Below are positions 9,346-19,826 of a stretch of DNA of 64,000 nt, piece after piece; positions within the stretch are counted from its first letter, which is position 1; the number at the start of each line of letters is the position of its first letter. Source of the stretch: Phycisphaerae bacterium. GTDB lineage: Bacteria; Planctomycetota; Phycisphaerae; UBA1845. The position numbers were made by a program, and so were the translations under genes. The notes beneath the pieces were generated by a model. The model had not been told where the DNA came from. It did no database searches and worked only from the letters and a program-made list of their open reading frames with translations. The stretch covers positions 864,001 to 928,000 of the forward strand of contig CAXXGO010000006.1 in NCBI GenBank assembly GCA_963666835.2, read 5' to 3'.

Positions 9346-10818
9346 CTAGAGCAGCGACAGAATCTGGGTGGCTTGCTGGTTTACCACTCCGAGCAGGGCA
9401 ACGCCCGCCTGCATGAGCACTTGCTGTTGATTCAGAGTCGCCGTCGCGATGGCGTAGTCCGTATCGCCGATCACCGAAGACGCTTCGGTCAAACCGGTCT
9501 GGCTGGCCTGCAACGCGTTGATTGCGCTACCGACCTGGAACTTCTGGAAGCCCCCGACGCGTCCTTGAATGGAGGCGACGTCGGAGATGGCCGCCCGAAT
9601 CGAGTCCAGCGCTCCGGCCACGTCGGTCCGCAAGTCGACGGAACCACCGGACTTGAGCTCTGACAGCCGCGAGACGGCGCCGCCTCCGCCGAGGTTATAT
9701 GTGGCGAGCGAGTCTATCCCGATCGTAGCCCGGGTGGTCGATTTGGTTCCGAGCTGGAAGGTGGCGCCCCCTGTGGCCCGGACCGTGAACGTCGAGGAGG
9801 TGTTGGCCCCCGTGTTGCCCTTGCCGAAGTCCTCGTCAAGGGTGAACGACATACTCAGCCCGTTGGCGCTGTAGGAAACGTCAAGGCCATCGGTTCCCGT
9901 GGTCTGCCCGTTGATGGTGATGACGGCGTCGGTGCCCACGGTTTTGGTGACGTCGGTGAAGTCGTTGGCGGTGCTGCTGTCGCTGGTCGCGGTGCCCCAC
10001 GAGCTATTGACCGTACCGCCGGAGATCAGCTCGAGGCTCACGAAGGCGTCGGCTCCGTACGCGGTGGAACTCAAGGTGATACCGGTGGCAGCGACCATCG
10101 CGGACACGCCGGTCTGGTCTTTGGCGGCGTTGATGGTAGCGACTACCTGGGCCTGGGTCTGCCCGCTGACGATTGAGAGGGTCGCTGCTCCGTCGGCGCC
10201 GGCGACTACGATCTCGGTCGTGCCGGTAGTCTTGGTCGTAGCGGCCGGAGTCATCAACGCGGCGGTGGCCTGAGCGGTCGCGGCGGAGGTGACCCGCGAT
10301 ACTGAGAGGGTGGTATTCGACGTGCTCTGGCTGCGGGAATAGACCCTCAGCGACTCGACGTAGTCGGAGTCGACGTTAGCCACGGCGATTCCGAAGGTTC
10401 CGTCGAGGAGCTTCTTGCCGTTGAAGTTGGTCTGGTTGACGATGCGGTCTATCGCCGAGAGGGCGTCATCAACCTGCGATTGGTTGGCGGAGATCTCCGA
10501 GGCGGTGAGGTTGGCATCACTCGCCGAGGCCTGGACCAGCGTCTGGATCTCGCCGAGCAGGTTCGATACTTCGGTGATCGCCTGGTCGGCGACCGTGAGC
10601 ATCGAATCCGTTCGCTGGTTGTTGACCAGTGACGTTTGCACCGCCCGCAGCTCGGCGTTGATCCCCTGCAGGGCGATCAGCCCGGCCGGGTCATCCTTGC
10701 CGGCGTTGATCCGCTTACCGGTCGTAAGCTGCGACATCGTCGTGGACTGGGCGGCCGCCTGCTGACTGAGGATGTTCAGCAGTGTCGTTGTGTTCGAATT
10801 CGTAATCGTGAGTGCCAT
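9346..10818 (-). CDS. fliC: Flagellin (copy 1)
   Basis: QLTTGKRINAGKDDPAGL, TNFNGKKLLDG, IGDTDYA...ILSLL. Confidence 0.93.
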   Translation of the reverse strand: MALTITNSNTTTLLNILSQQAAAQSTTMSQLTTGKRINAGKDDPAGLIALQGINAELRAVQTSLVNNQRTDSMLTVADQAITEVSNLLGEIQTLVQASASDANLTASEISANQSQVDDALSAIDRIVNQTNFNGKKLLDGTFGIAVANVDSDYVESLRVYSRSQSTSNTTLSVSRVTSAATAQATAALMTPAATTKTTGTTEIVVAGADGAATLSIVSGQTQAQVVATINAAKDQTGVSAMVAATGITLSSTAYGADAFVSLELISGGTVNSSWGTATSDSSTANDFTDVTKTVGTDAVITINGQTTGTDGLDVSYSANGLSMSFTLDEDFGKGNTGANTSSTFTVRATGGATFQLGTKSTTRATIGIDSLATYNLGGGGAVSRLSELKSGGSVDLRTDVAGALDSIRAAISDVASIQGRVGGFQKFQVGSAINALQASQTGLTEASSVIGDTDYAIATATLNQQQVLMQAGVALLGVVNQQATQILSLL

Positions 10819-11028
10819 AATCTCGACCCTCGTTTATCACACCGGATTCGGTGCTGGGACTCTGCCATACTAGCTCGGTTGAAACGTAGGATATAAAAAC
10901 GAAGGTGCCAAGCATTTGCCGGCAAAGTCCGCCGGGTCCTTCGTTTCAGGGCCCCAAGACGCGACTTGAGTCAAGTTTCTTTGGAGAATCCCTGGTCCGT
11001 TTTCCGCGTTCGAGGGCGGCCCTCTCTC

Positions 11029-11041
11029 GGGGGGGGGGGGG
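11029..11041. repeat. G13 homopolymer upstream of flagellin 1
   Basis: 13 consecutive G. Confidence 0.85.
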
Positions 11042-11193
11042 CGAAGAACTCACGTTTGACGTGCTTATTCGGACCTTGCAGGACGTAGCGTCCGTGACGC
11101 CGGTTGGACAGCGGTAAGAAGTGGATGCGGTTGAGCAGTGCCGGGGCGCGGCACGGTGTGGATTGAACTCAAACCTGTACTGCTAACGACGCT

Positions 11194-12534
11194 CTACCCT
11201 GCTTTGGCCGGCACGTAACGCCGGCCGGCGAAGACAACCGTGCCGGCCACCAGGGCCAGAAGGGTCATAACAATGACACCCCACGCGGAAACGGTCGGGA
11301 TGTCGTCGCCGTCGATCATGATGTCGACAATAACACCCTCCAGAACGGTCAGGCCGTAGGGAAACTCGTCGGGCAGTAAGTACCAGCCGTTGTAAGGCCC
11401 GCCCCAGCCGAAGTTCAGGTGGAAGTAATCGTCCGAATTGTACCCGTCAACCACAACGTTGTGCCCGGAAGTCCATTCCGCGTTGACCACCGCCAGATGG
11501 GCCGGGTAGGCGTCCTTCATGTTCTGCGCCAGGCGGTCGTAGACGTCGGCGTCGCCGTCGTCCAGCAGCTCGGCCGTGGTGCAACTGAACTTCGTGTACG
11601 CGGCCATCGCCTGGCTTACTCCGAACGTGCCGGAGCCGCCGGGGTTGTAGACCTGGGTGGCCGCGACCCCGCAAGCGAAAGTCAAAGCCGCCTTGTCGGA
11701 AGCAGTCAGCGCGATACCTCCGGCGTAGTGGTCTTCGAGCGTATCGAGGTAGCCGTTGAGTTCCGGAAATGAGGGGAAATCGTACGTTGCGTAATCGTTG
11801 TCGATCCAATACTGATTACCGCCGTAGTTGTGGTAGTAATCGTCGCCGTCGTCGAAACGCGTACCGTTTATCCGCTCGTGATAGTTGAGGATCTGCGCCA
11901 TCGCCACCGACGGACAGCCCGCGATGCTCCGAGATCCACTCGACAAATCGATCGGACAGTAGTTGTTGTACGGTGGGTCCTGATCCCAGTTGGTCTCGAT
12001 CCAGCCGCCGGTCGAGGTTGTCCCCGGTGCCGGCCATTGCTCGAGCAACCGTCCGTCCGGGGCGGTGGGGGTCACATCGAGCAACTCCGCCCACGCCCGA
12101 TGGCGGACCCGGCGGACCGCATCCGGAAGAACGGGTACGTTCTGCAGGCGGCGCTTGAGATCCGCCCGCAACATCGCGGCCAGCGGGTTGGCGCGCTCAA
12201 GATCACTACCGAAGTCGTTGTCGAACGAGTAGGCGATGACCGGGGGCAGCTCTCGGTCGGCGGCCACGACCACAAAGCCGCGCGGCTGAAGATCGAATCG
12301 GTGGTACAGGGTGACCTTGTCGTCGTCGTTCGTAACCGAACCTACCTCGCCGACCGTGAAGGTCTCGGCCAGCCCGTGCCGCGCCAGATGCGCTTCGGTC
12401 ACTCGAACGGCGGACGCTTGGTCCACAAATGATGCGCCGGAGTCCGGCAGATCCGGCTCCACCCCGAAGGCGGCGGCGGACAGATTCCAGGCCAGTGCGA
12501 CGGCTAGAAAGCGGACCTTGTACTTCGAAGTCAT
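11194..12534 (-). CDS. C10-family (streptopain-like) cysteine peptidase with prodomain and IPTL-CTERM tail
   Basis: Signal peptide; WDQDPPYN, AGCPSVAMAQI, GHNVVVDGY, FHLNFGWGG; C-terminal IPTVSAWG + TM + RR; AGGAGG RBS before ATG 12534. Confidence 0.88.
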   Translation of the reverse strand: MTSKYKVRFLAVALAWNLSAAAFGVEPDLPDSGASFVDQASAVRVTEAHLARHGLAETFTVGEVGSVTNDDDKVTLYHRFDLQPRGFVVVAADRELPPVIAYSFDNDFGSDLERANPLAAMLRADLKRRLQNVPVLPDAVRRVRHRAWAELLDVTPTAPDGRLLEQWPAPGTTSTGGWIETNWDQDPPYNNYCPIDLSSGSRSIAGCPSVAMAQILNYHERINGTRFDDGDDYYHNYGGNQYWIDNDYATYDFPSFPELNGYLDTLEDHYAGGIALTASDKAALTFACGVAATQVYNPGGSGTFGVSQAMAAYTKFSCTTAELLDDGDADVYDRLAQNMKDAYPAHLAVVNAEWTSGHNVVVDGYNSDDYFHLNFGWGGPYNGWYLLPDEFPYGLTVLEGVIVDIMIDGDDIPTVSAWGVIVMTLLALVAGTVVFAGRRYVPAKAG

Positions 12535-12955
12535 ACCTACCCCTCCTGTTTGCGGAAACGACTCTGGCGCATTGTAGCGGATCATCGCGTGGGAGCCCAG
12601 ACTTTCTTCTTAGAGGACATACAAACCGACAATTGCCAGCCGCCCTGCTCCATCCGCCACGCGAAACAGCCTCTCCGATTGAAGCCGTTTACGCGGTGAA
12701 ACCGGCCCTGGCGCTCGAGGGGCAAGTCTCTTCGGGTGGTCGGTGCCCGCTTCGTCCGCTCTTGCAGGCCGGCCGATCTTCCAGTCGGCCCACACCGCCC
12801 GGAGGTTTCGGATGAAGTAGCACCACACGCAAGTTCCCGCAATAATACGAGCGTAGCGTACGCGTTTTCGCCGGGAACGGCTGGGGACGGACTCATTGAT
12901 AGGCGACTATCCCGGATTCGCGATATGCCGAGCAGAGCTCCAGAGACTTGATCCC

Positions 12956-13729
12956 ATGACGAAACGCACACGCCCTGCACGCATACGATGGACGATTGCT
13001 GTGTTCTTGCTCTGCGCGACGGCGATTGCTTGTCTGACGATTTACATGAGAGATGTACCGAGCCGACGCTACGCGGAGGCTAAGTGCTTCACGCCGCCGG
13101 TCTGGGGGCGGAATCGAGGCGGGGTCGAGTTGATGACTTTCCCGGACAGCGAGATCCTCTTGATCCGGTCTCTTAGAGCAGGCAGCTCGAAGGGTGTCAA
13201 CGCCAGAGCCGGCAGGATTGGGACCCGTCAGGAAGACCGCGACTACTACTACAGCTTCGATCCAATGGCTGAGATGCTGACGCAGGTCGGCGAGGATAGG
13301 TGGGATGAGGCAATAGGCTCCGTCTCGACTTACACGTACGCCAGGCGCCTTCCCAAGCCTTTTCGTCGTGACACGTCCACATGGCAACTGAAAGCGGGTG
13401 GTACCATCATACCAGCTGCGGGAGATTGGTTTCACAAGATGGCGCTTTCGCCGAGCGGTCGGTTTGCTGCCGTGCTGTCCGCGGATGCGGACGGACAACT
13501 GAACCTCCCGTTCATAGGAGGTTATGCAGGCTGCACTGCCCAGCATTACTGTCAGTTGTTATCGGTGGACGAGCGTGCGTGGGTCGGGGAGCCCATACTT
13601 ATCCCGATGATATCCGTCAAAACAGGGCTTGATGTCTTCTGGTCTCCCGATGAGCGTTACGTTGTTGTCCTTGACATACAATCCGTATGCATAATACCGG
13701 TCGACACGAGTGGAGAGAGCAGGGGATGA
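12956..13729 (+). CDS. Hypothetical membrane-anchored protein, possibly beta-propeller-like
   Basis: N-terminal TM; ALSPSGRF and FWSPDERY motifs. Confidence 0.55.
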   Translation: MTKRTRPARIRWTIAVFLLCATAIACLTIYMRDVPSRRYAEAKCFTPPVWGRNRGGVELMTFPDSEILLIRSLRAGSSKGVNARAGRIGTRQEDRDYYYSFDPMAEMLTQVGEDRWDEAIGSVSTYTYARRLPKPFRRDTSTWQLKAGGTIIPAAGDWFHKMALSPSGRFAAVLSADADGQLNLPFIGGYAGCTAQHYCQLLSVDERAWVGEPILIPMISVKTGLDVFWSPDERYVVVLDIQSVCIIPVDTSGESRG

Positions 13730-13748
13730 GCGCAAGAGATGGGAGCGA

Positions 13749-13975
13749 GTGTGCCCCATCCTTGCGCAGCAAGGGTGGGGGAAGGATCGCGGCAAGAACT
13801 GCAACCAGCATGGGACGAGACTTGTCAATAAGCGAACATCTCCCCGTGCAGTGTATTGGCGGGGCATGCTTGGCATTCGCTCCGGCTATCGAAGGCAGTC
13901 AGTCCTCCACCCATCCCGGCGGGGAGTTGGCGCGGTGGTCCCGGCTCGGCAAACGCCGGGATGGATGGGGCACAC
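13749..13975. repeat. GTGCCCCAT-type REP element with terminal inverted repeats
   Basis: GTGTGCCCCATCC (13749) / GGATGGGGCACAC (13963); same family as 18337-18556. Confidence 0.65.
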
Positions 13976-14034
13976 GCGCGGGACGTGGATATGAACGCGG
14001 AGGACGAGTTCAATTAATAGATGACTGTCCCCAA

Positions 14035-15177
14035 TTAAGAGATCGGGTCGCTGGAATCCTCGAAAAGGCGGACGTAGCTCTCGTAGCGGTCCTGGCTTAT
14101 CCGGCCGGTCTCCACGGCCGCCTTGACCGCGCAATCCGCCTCGTGCGTGTGACTGCAATCGGGGAACTTGCAGTGGGCGACGTGCTCCACGAACTCCGCG
14201 AAGTGCAGCTCATACTGGCTACGCGGCACAGTGGAAAGATCAAACGAGCGAATCCCCGGAGTGTCCACTACGAAACCGCCGATCTCGAGCCGGATCAAAC
14301 TGGCCGTGGTCGTTACGTGACGACCCTTGTTGACCTGCTCCGAAATCTCGCCGGTGCGAAGCTGCAAGCCCGGCTGGACCATGTTCAACAGTGAACTCTT
14401 CCCCACGCCGCTCTGGCCGACTACCACGCTGGCCTTGCCCGCAAGAACCCCGCGCAACTCGGTGATTCCCGTGCCCTCGATCGCGCTGGTGACCAACGCC
14501 TCATAGCCGAGTTCAGCGTAAACCTTGAGCAAGGACGCTGCGCAGCCGGCCTGGTCGAGATCGATCTTGTTCATGCAGACCACGGGAGTAATCCTGCCGG
14601 CCAGCGAGGCTACGATGTACCGATCAATCAGGTTCGGCCGCGGGTCCGGCTGACCGGCCGAGCTGACGATGATCGCCTGATCTACATTGGCGACAATGGT
14701 GTGAATCCGTCGTCCGACTCTTCGGCACAGCTCGCCTTGACGCGGCCGGACCCATTCGATGACGCCTTCTCCCGCCCGATCGTCTTCGGCGGGGTCAACC
14801 CGGAACCCGACCCGGTCGCCGACGGTCACCGGGTGACGCTGCTCGATGAGCCGGGTTCGAAGGACCCTCCGCACGGTGCAAGGCCAGATGCGGTCTCCGT
14901 CGTCGACATCTGCGTACAATCCGCGCATCGCCAGCACGACGCCGTGCTGCAAGTCCGACGGCGGTTCCTTATCCTCATCAGCTTTAACGGTACGTTGCCG
15001 CGACAGTTCGCCCTTGGGCACAACACTTTCGGAGTGCTGCGCGTCGATCTCGTGCCCGTCGGCCTGGTGGGCTTGCTCGGTCCAGTCGTTACGGCGCGCC
15101 GGTTTCGTCCGGTTGCGCCGGAAAGCAACCCGGACCTTCTTGCCTTTCTTGCCGCCATGTCCACCTGGTTTACCCAC
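14035..15177 (-). CDS. rsgA: Ribosome small subunit-dependent GTPase A
   Basis: NKID, GQSGVGKSSL, GRHVTT, DTPG, CKFPDCSH.HE.DC. Confidence 0.95.
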   Translation of the reverse strand: MGKPGGHGGKKGKKVRVAFRRNRTKPARRNDWTEQAHQADGHEIDAQHSESVVPKGELSRQRTVKADEDKEPPSDLQHGVVLAMRGLYADVDDGDRIWPCTVRRVLRTRLIEQRHPVTVGDRVGFRVDPAEDDRAGEGVIEWVRPRQGELCRRVGRRIHTIVANVDQAIIVSSAGQPDPRPNLIDRYIVASLAGRITPVVCMNKIDLDQAGCAASLLKVYAELGYEALVTSAIEGTGITELRGVLAGKASVVVGQSGVGKSSLLNMVQPGLQLRTGEISEQVNKGRHVTTTASLIRLEIGGFVVDTPGIRSFDLSTVPRSQYELHFAEFVEHVAHCKFPDCSHTHEADCAVKAAVETGRISQDRYESYVRLFEDSSDPIS

Positions 15178-15372
15178 TAGCCTCTATTGTTCGGAATAGT
15201 ACGTCCGAATGTCAAGCGTCAATCCGGAGCGGCGTCCTTTTCGTCGCGGATCCTTCGGCGGTGGGACCCCTCGTTTGCGTACCGCGAGCCGGTTCCGTAG
15301 ACTGCTCGGCAGATCAGGACGCGCGGCGGGTTCTGCCGCCCTCGCGATAGTCGTTCAAACCGAGGAGTAGCC

Positions 15373-16329
15373 GTGGACCACAACTTTGGCGACCGCTTAG
15401 TCGAAGCGATCCGGGAGAAGGACGCACCCGTCTGCGTGGGGCTGGACCCGCTCATCGAGCGTCTGCCGGCCGCGCTGCTTAAGGAGCACAGTATCGACCC
15501 CGAGCAGGCGCTCGACGTGCGGACCAGCGCGAACCTCGGAGCATTAGCGGACGCGATTTTCGCGTTCGGGACCGCGGTGATCGAGGCCGTGGCCCCGCTC
15601 GTTCCGGCAGTGAAGATTAACATCGCGTTTTTCGAGCGTTACTACTCCGCCGGCATTCGGGCGTATCATCGCCTGGTGCAGCGCGCCGACGAGCTGGGCC
15701 TGCTCGTTATCGGGGACGTCAAGCGGGCCGACATCGGCCACACTTCCGCACAGTATGCCCAAGCCCAACTCGGTTCTCTTTCGCATCCGGGCTTGCAGGA
15801 GGTTGCCACGCCGGACGCCGTCACGGTCAATCCTTATTTCGGCTCGGACGGAATCCAGCCGTTCATAGACCTCGCCCGCGAAACGGGTGGCGGTCTGTTC
15901 GTCCTGGTGCAGACCAGCAACCCGTCGGCCGTTCAAGTGCAGGGTATTGAGACGGCGGACGGTTCAACGGTGGGCGAGAAGGTGGCCTCGCTGGTGCAGA
16001 GCTGGGCGGCCGCGGATGGCTTGGTTGGGGATCACGGCTACAGTTGTATCGGCGCGGTGGTATCCCCGCGCGATCTCGAATCGACGCGGCGGATTCGGGC
16101 ATTGATGCCCAACTGCATCTTCCTCGTTCCGGGCTTCGGTGCCCAGGGGCGTTCCGCTGAAGAGGTCGCGCTGTGCTTCAAACCGGACGGCACCGGCTCG
16201 ATCGTGAACGCTTCGCGCAGCGTTATCTACGCTTATCAGAAGGAACCGAGCGGTGGTGACTGGCGTGGAGCGATCGAAAGTGCCTGCCGTGATTTCGTAT
16301 CCGCGGTGCGGGCCGCGGCGCGCCCGTAA
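15373..16329 (+). CDS. pyrF: Orotidine-5'-phosphate decarboxylase
   Basis: CVGLDP, DVKRADIGHT, LVPGFGAQG, NASRSVIYA. Confidence 0.95.
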   Translation: MDHNFGDRLVEAIREKDAPVCVGLDPLIERLPAALLKEHSIDPEQALDVRTSANLGALADAIFAFGTAVIEAVAPLVPAVKINIAFFERYYSAGIRAYHRLVQRADELGLLVIGDVKRADIGHTSAQYAQAQLGSLSHPGLQEVATPDAVTVNPYFGSDGIQPFIDLARETGGGLFVLVQTSNPSAVQVQGIETADGSTVGEKVASLVQSWAAADGLVGDHGYSCIGAVVSPRDLESTRRIRALMPNCIFLVPGFGAQGRSAEEVALCFKPDGTGSIVNASRSVIYAYQKEPSGGDWRGAIESACRDFVSAVRAAARP

Positions 16330-16691
16330 CGCACCGTTAAACCGGCGGACCGACGACGGTCGCCGGCAATGCCCCTATAAGTCCGCCGGTTCTCGGCCCC
16401 CGCTAAGCGGACCGCGGCACGTGGGTGGAGCGTCCCATTACCGCCGCCGCTACCGCCGGATAACCACCTGGCATCCGGTAACCGGTTTCGCCGTCTTTTA
16501 TGACCACCGGTAATCACTTCGTTGCGCAGCGTCGCAATGGCTTGTAGCCCTGGAACCCTACCGAGATCGGACTTTCACGGATTCCTGATCGGACGCCGAG
16601 CCCGCCCGGCGAGGTATAATGTCATATCTCTGGCACTCTGCGCCGTTTACGCTCGATAACCACGGTCCTCTTATTTTTTCTCAAAAGGGAC

Positions 16692-16719
16692 TCAATTACG
16701 CGGCAAGGTTGCCCGATTG
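16692..16719 (+). promoter_or_regulatory. Possible sigma28 (FliA) promoter of flagellin 2
   Basis: TCAA-N16-CCCGATTG, a partial match to TAAA-N15-GCCGATAA. Confidence 0.35.
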
Positions 16720-16843
16720 CAGAACCTGGAATGCGAGAAGTCTCCGCAGACCGAAGACGGTATCGGGGAGAATGCGAATACGGACGTGATGGGGCGCGAC
16801 CGAGCCCCGCCGGTCCGAACGGTGCGACACAGGAGTCACGCAC

Positions 16844-18316
16844 ATGGCACTGACGATCACGAACACTCAGACGATGACGCTGCTGAACATCATCAACCGG
16901 CAGACGTCCGCCCAGACCACCACGATGAAGCAGCTTACCACCGGCAAGCGGATCAATGCCGGTAAGGACGATCCCGCCGGGCTGATCGCGCTGCAGGGGC
17001 TTAACGCCGAATTGCGCGCGGTGGAGACGTCCCTGGTCAATAACCAGCGCACCGACTCCATGCTCACCGTAGCCGACCAGGCCATCGCTGAAGTATCCAC
17101 CTTGCTCGGCGAGATCCAGACGCTGGTACAGTCGTCGGCCAGCGACGCGAATCTCACCGCCGCCGAGATCTCCGCCAACCAGTCGCAGGTTGACGACGCT
17201 CTCTCGGCCATCGACCGCATTGTCAATCAGACCAATTTCAACGGCAAGAAACTGATCGACGGCAGCTTCAGCATCGCGGTCGCTAATGTCGATTCGGACT
17301 ACGTCGAGTCGCTTCGGGTCTATTCCCGTAGCCAAAGCACCTCGAACACGACTCTCGCCGTGTCCCGGGTGACCTCCGCGGCTACCGCCCAGGCCACCGC
17401 CGCTTTGATGACCCCGGCCGCTACCACCAAAACCACCGGCACGACGGAAATCGTCGTTGCGGGCGCCGACGGTGCGGCCACCCTCTCGATCGTCAGCGGG
17501 CAGACCCAGGCCCAGGTGGTTGCCACGATCAACGCCGCCAAGGACCAGACCGGCGTATCCGCTATGGTCGCCGCTACCGGGATCACCTTGAGTTCGACCG
17601 CTTACGGGGCCGACGCCTTCGTAAGCCTCGAGCTGATCTCGGGCGGTACGGTCAACAGCTCGTGGGGAACCGCGACCGGCGACAGCAGCACGGCCAACGA
17701 CTTCGCCGACGTCAGTAAGACCATCGGTACGGATGCGGTCATCACTATCAACGGACAGAGCACCGGCACCGACGGCCTCGATGTATCCTACAGCGCCAAC
17801 GGGTTGAGCCTGTCCTTCACGCTCGATGAGGACTTCGGCAAGGGTAACACGGGGGCGAATACATCCTCGACCTTCACCGTGCGGGCTACCGGAGGGGCTA
17901 CCTTCCAACTGGGGACCAGCTCCGCCACCCGAGCGACAATCGGGCTCGATTCGCTGGCGACGTATAACCTCGGCGGCGGAGGGACGATTGCCCGACTGTC
18001 TGAGCTCAAGTCCGGCGGGTCCGTCGATCTGCGGACCGACGTTGCCGGAGCGTTGGATTCGATTCGGGCGGCTATCTCCGACGTCGCGTCCATCCAGGGG
18101 CGAATCGGCGGGTTCCAGAAGTTCCAGGTCGGCAGTGCGATCAACGCCCTGCAGGCCAGCCAGACCGGGTTGACCGAAGCGGCAACCGTGCTAGGCGACA
18201 CTGACTTCGCCGTGGCAACCGCCGAGCTGAACCAGCAGCAAGTGCTGATCCAGGCGGGTATCTCTCTGCTGGGCGTAGCGAATCAGCAGGCGGCCCAGAT
18301 TCTGTCCCTGCTCTAA
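16844..18316 (+). CDS. fliC: Flagellin (copy 2)
   Basis: Same motifs and same 490-aa length as copy 1; AGGAG RBS. Confidence 0.93.
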   Translation: MALTITNTQTMTLLNIINRQTSAQTTTMKQLTTGKRINAGKDDPAGLIALQGLNAELRAVETSLVNNQRTDSMLTVADQAIAEVSTLLGEIQTLVQSSASDANLTAAEISANQSQVDDALSAIDRIVNQTNFNGKKLIDGSFSIAVANVDSDYVESLRVYSRSQSTSNTTLAVSRVTSAATAQATAALMTPAATTKTTGTTEIVVAGADGAATLSIVSGQTQAQVVATINAAKDQTGVSAMVAATGITLSSTAYGADAFVSLELISGGTVNSSWGTATGDSSTANDFADVSKTIGTDAVITINGQSTGTDGLDVSYSANGLSLSFTLDEDFGKGNTGANTSSTFTVRATGGATFQLGTSSATRATIGLDSLATYNLGGGGTIARLSELKSGGSVDLRTDVAGALDSIRAAISDVASIQGRIGGFQKFQVGSAINALQASQTGLTEAATVLGDTDFAVATAELNQQQVLIQAGISLLGVANQQAAQILSLL

Positions 18317-18336
18317 TGCTCTGTAACATACAGCCC

Positions 18337-18556
18337 GCGGGTGCCCCATTTATCCCGGCGCTTGCCGGGCTGGGAAAGCCGCGCCGATTCACCACCGGGC
18401 TGGGTGGGGGACGGACGAAGACGCGAGCGTGATTCGCATTCCGTAATCAATCCCCCACCCTTCGCGCGGTGAATAGCGTGTACGCCGTAACTACGCCTGT
18501 ATCCGGGGCTCTTTCTCCACTGCGACACAACTCAGGGCGAAGGATGGGGCACCCGC
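18337..18556. repeat. GGGTGCCCCAT-type REP element between convergent genes
   Basis: 13-bp inverted repeat GCGGGTGCCCCAT / ATGGGGCACCCGC. Confidence 0.65.
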
Positions 18557-18558
18557 CG

Positions 18559-19575
18559 TCAGGCGGAGGGGTGGGCGTCGAGATCGAGCGGGGAGACCTG
18601 TCCGGCTTCGAGCAGGTGGTATCCCAAAGCTGCGATCATGGCGGCGTTGTCCGTGCAGTAGGCTAACCGGGCCGCGTGGATGTTCAGGTTGCGGTGCTCG
18701 CACTCCTGCGTAAGTGACGTACGCAAGGCACTGTTGGCCGCAACACCCCCGCCCAGCACAACCGTAGACAGGCCGGTTTGAGCGACCGCCAACATCGTCT
18801 TGCGGACCAGCACGTCCACCACCGCCTGTTGAAACGAAGCGGCGATGTCGGACAGCTCGCCGGCCGAGAGCTTCTCCAATCCGCCGCTGGTCTTTCCGTG
18901 ACCGTGGACGTGGTAGAGCACGGCCGTCTTGATCCCGGAGAAGGAGAAATCCAACGAGCCGTGGGCCAGCATGGTACGCGGGAAGTTCACGGCTGCCGGG
19001 TCACCGCCGCGGGCGGCGGCTTCAATCTGGGGACCGCCGGGATAGGCGAGCCCCAAGATAGCCGCGACCTTGTCAAAAGCCTCCCCGGCCGCGTCGTCCG
19101 TGGTAGATCCGATCGTTTCGATCTGTGTGGGGCTGTCGATGCGGAAGAGCGACGTGTGCCCGCCGGATACGATCAGTCCGACGGCGGGCCACGGTGGTTC
19201 GTCCAGTTCGATGGCGGCGCTGTAGGCGTGGGCGTGAATGTGGTTCACGGCGACCAACGGCTTTCCCCAGGCCCAGGAGAGCGTCTTGGCCCCGGTGACG
19301 CCGATCAGAAGCGCTCCCACCAATCCCGGCCGGTTCGTTACGGCAATGGCGTCGAGGTCGTTGCCGGCGCAGCCCGCGTCGGACAGAGCCTCTTCGATTA
19401 CCGCGTCGAGCTGTTCGAGATGCGCCCGCGAGGCGATTTCCGGCACGACGCCGCCGTACTTGCGGTGCAAATCAACCTGCGACGCAACGACGCTACTGCG
19501 CACATCTTTGGCGTCGACCACGACTGCGGCCGAGGTCTCATCGCAAGAGGTCTCGATTCCGAGAATCACAGTCAT
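18559..19575 (-). CDS. tsaD: tRNA N6-adenosine threonylcarbamoyltransferase
   Basis: ILGIETSCDET, GGVVPEIASRAH, HIHAH, SGGHT, DDAAGEAFDK, CTDNAAMI. Confidence 0.97.
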   Translation of the reverse strand: MTVILGIETSCDETSAAVVVDAKDVRSSVVASQVDLHRKYGGVVPEIASRAHLEQLDAVIEEALSDAGCAGNDLDAIAVTNRPGLVGALLIGVTGAKTLSWAWGKPLVAVNHIHAHAYSAAIELDEPPWPAVGLIVSGGHTSLFRIDSPTQIETIGSTTDDAAGEAFDKVAAILGLAYPGGPQIEAAARGGDPAAVNFPRTMLAHGSLDFSFSGIKTAVLYHVHGHGKTSGGLEKLSAGELSDIAASFQQAVVDVLVRKTMLAVAQTGLSTVVLGGGVAANSALRTSLTQECEHRNLNIHAARLAYCTDNAAMIAALGYHLLEAGQVSPLDLDAHPSA

Positions 19576-19826
19576 ACCGCGTCTGTCTCTCTATCCTCTA
19601 CCGGTTTCGCTCGTCCGGCCGCGCCTCGTTCGAGGTCGTCGGTTCCGCGGCGTCCGTACCGGCATTCGACCTTTCAACCCTACCGCACCGATCGGCGGAA
19701 GTCCACAAACGCGGCTCTTCACCAGTACCGCGTGTCATTGAAGAAGACGGGCGGGATCGGCCGAAGCCGATCCCGCCCGCGATTGCCAAGCCCTGACGGT
19801 TACGCCTGTCGGGTCCGGGATACGTG

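Noticed and set aside
9346..18316. Recent gene conversion or assembly duplication of the flagellins
   Set aside because: Synonymous differences are frequent even within the protein-identical central region.
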